Shown here: in pieces, positions 63,516 to 64,000 of the stretch
How positions within the stretch are numbered: the first letter of the stretch is position 1
How the letters are laid out: the number at the start of each line of letters is the position of its first letter
Source of the DNA: Azolla caroliniana
Lineage: Eukaryota > Plantae > Polypodiophyta
Direction: 5' to 3'
Length of the DNA: 64,000 bases
Assembly (NCBI GenBank): GCA_043228905.1
Contig: JBHGNT010000018.1
Location: forward strand, 1,302,001-1,366,000
Program-made: the position numbers and the translations under genes
Notes under the pieces: generated by a model
Seen by the model: only the letters and a program-made list of their open reading frames with translations
Database searches by the model: none
What the model was told of the DNA's origin: nothing

Positions 63516-63928
63516 TCATGTCTCCTCTTCTTGAGTTGCTCACAACATATACTTACAAATCTACAAATCTAGATATGTGATTGTATGACACATCTATGGA
63601 CCGGAAATTCTATTTTTCGGATTACATAATGACACATGGGCACTTGTTATTTTAATGTCTCACTAAACACAAGTGAAATTACTACTGTTGAGTGCTACAT
63701 TTCATAGAGCAATGTAAAAGGCACGTTTTTGCCCTTTTCTCACTTATTCTCCGTCTTTCTTGATCTTCACTATTAACCCTGTCTCTTTTTTTTGGAGAAA
63801 AAAACTCCTCTCTCTCTCTCTCTCACTCACATAAGTTAAAATTGGCCTCATAATTATCAATAAGCTAGCCACAATTATTAATAAAAAGTTAATTATCAAT
63901 AATGGTAACCTATTGGTTAAAACTTCAA

Positions 63929-64000
63929 TGTGTGTGTGTGTGTGTATAATATATATATATATAAATATATATATATAAATATAAATATATATATATAAAT
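63929..64000. repeat. (TG)n/(TA)n microsatellite
   Basis: Direct reading. Confidence 0.9.

Overview
AT-rich, intron-containing land-plant genomic DNA. The transposon mix (Tcn1-like chromovirus, tRNA-Trp-primed Ty3/gypsy, Sola-like element) suggests a non-seed plant, but that is inference. The window starts with the last 8 exons of an RlmD/TrmA-family RNA m5U methyltransferase gene. Next comes an L-type lectin receptor kinase (LecRK) locus: a head-to-head pair that was tandemly duplicated (unit 4176-12529 / 12530-58022), with only 9063-11261 still intact. The second unit is inflated to ~45 kb by nested insertions. A Ty1/copia (14711-37611) holds a Ty3/gypsy, which holds a young copia, and the outer copia's 3' LTR holds an AT-rich element and a MULE carrying a captured LysM gene fragment. 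A 14.3-kb Sola-like TIR transposon (38532-52846) holds a solo LTR and a chromovirus. Two LINEs are also present. The standout is the Sola-like transposon: divergent from its transposase it carries a spliced six-exon gene for a ParB/Srx-like domain fused to a beta-class N6-adenine/N4-cytosine DNA methyltransferase, with a palindrome array in intron 1. Two related gypsy LTR types also carry tRNA-like Pol III A/B-box cassettes. All coordinates were read by eye; no database searches were run.
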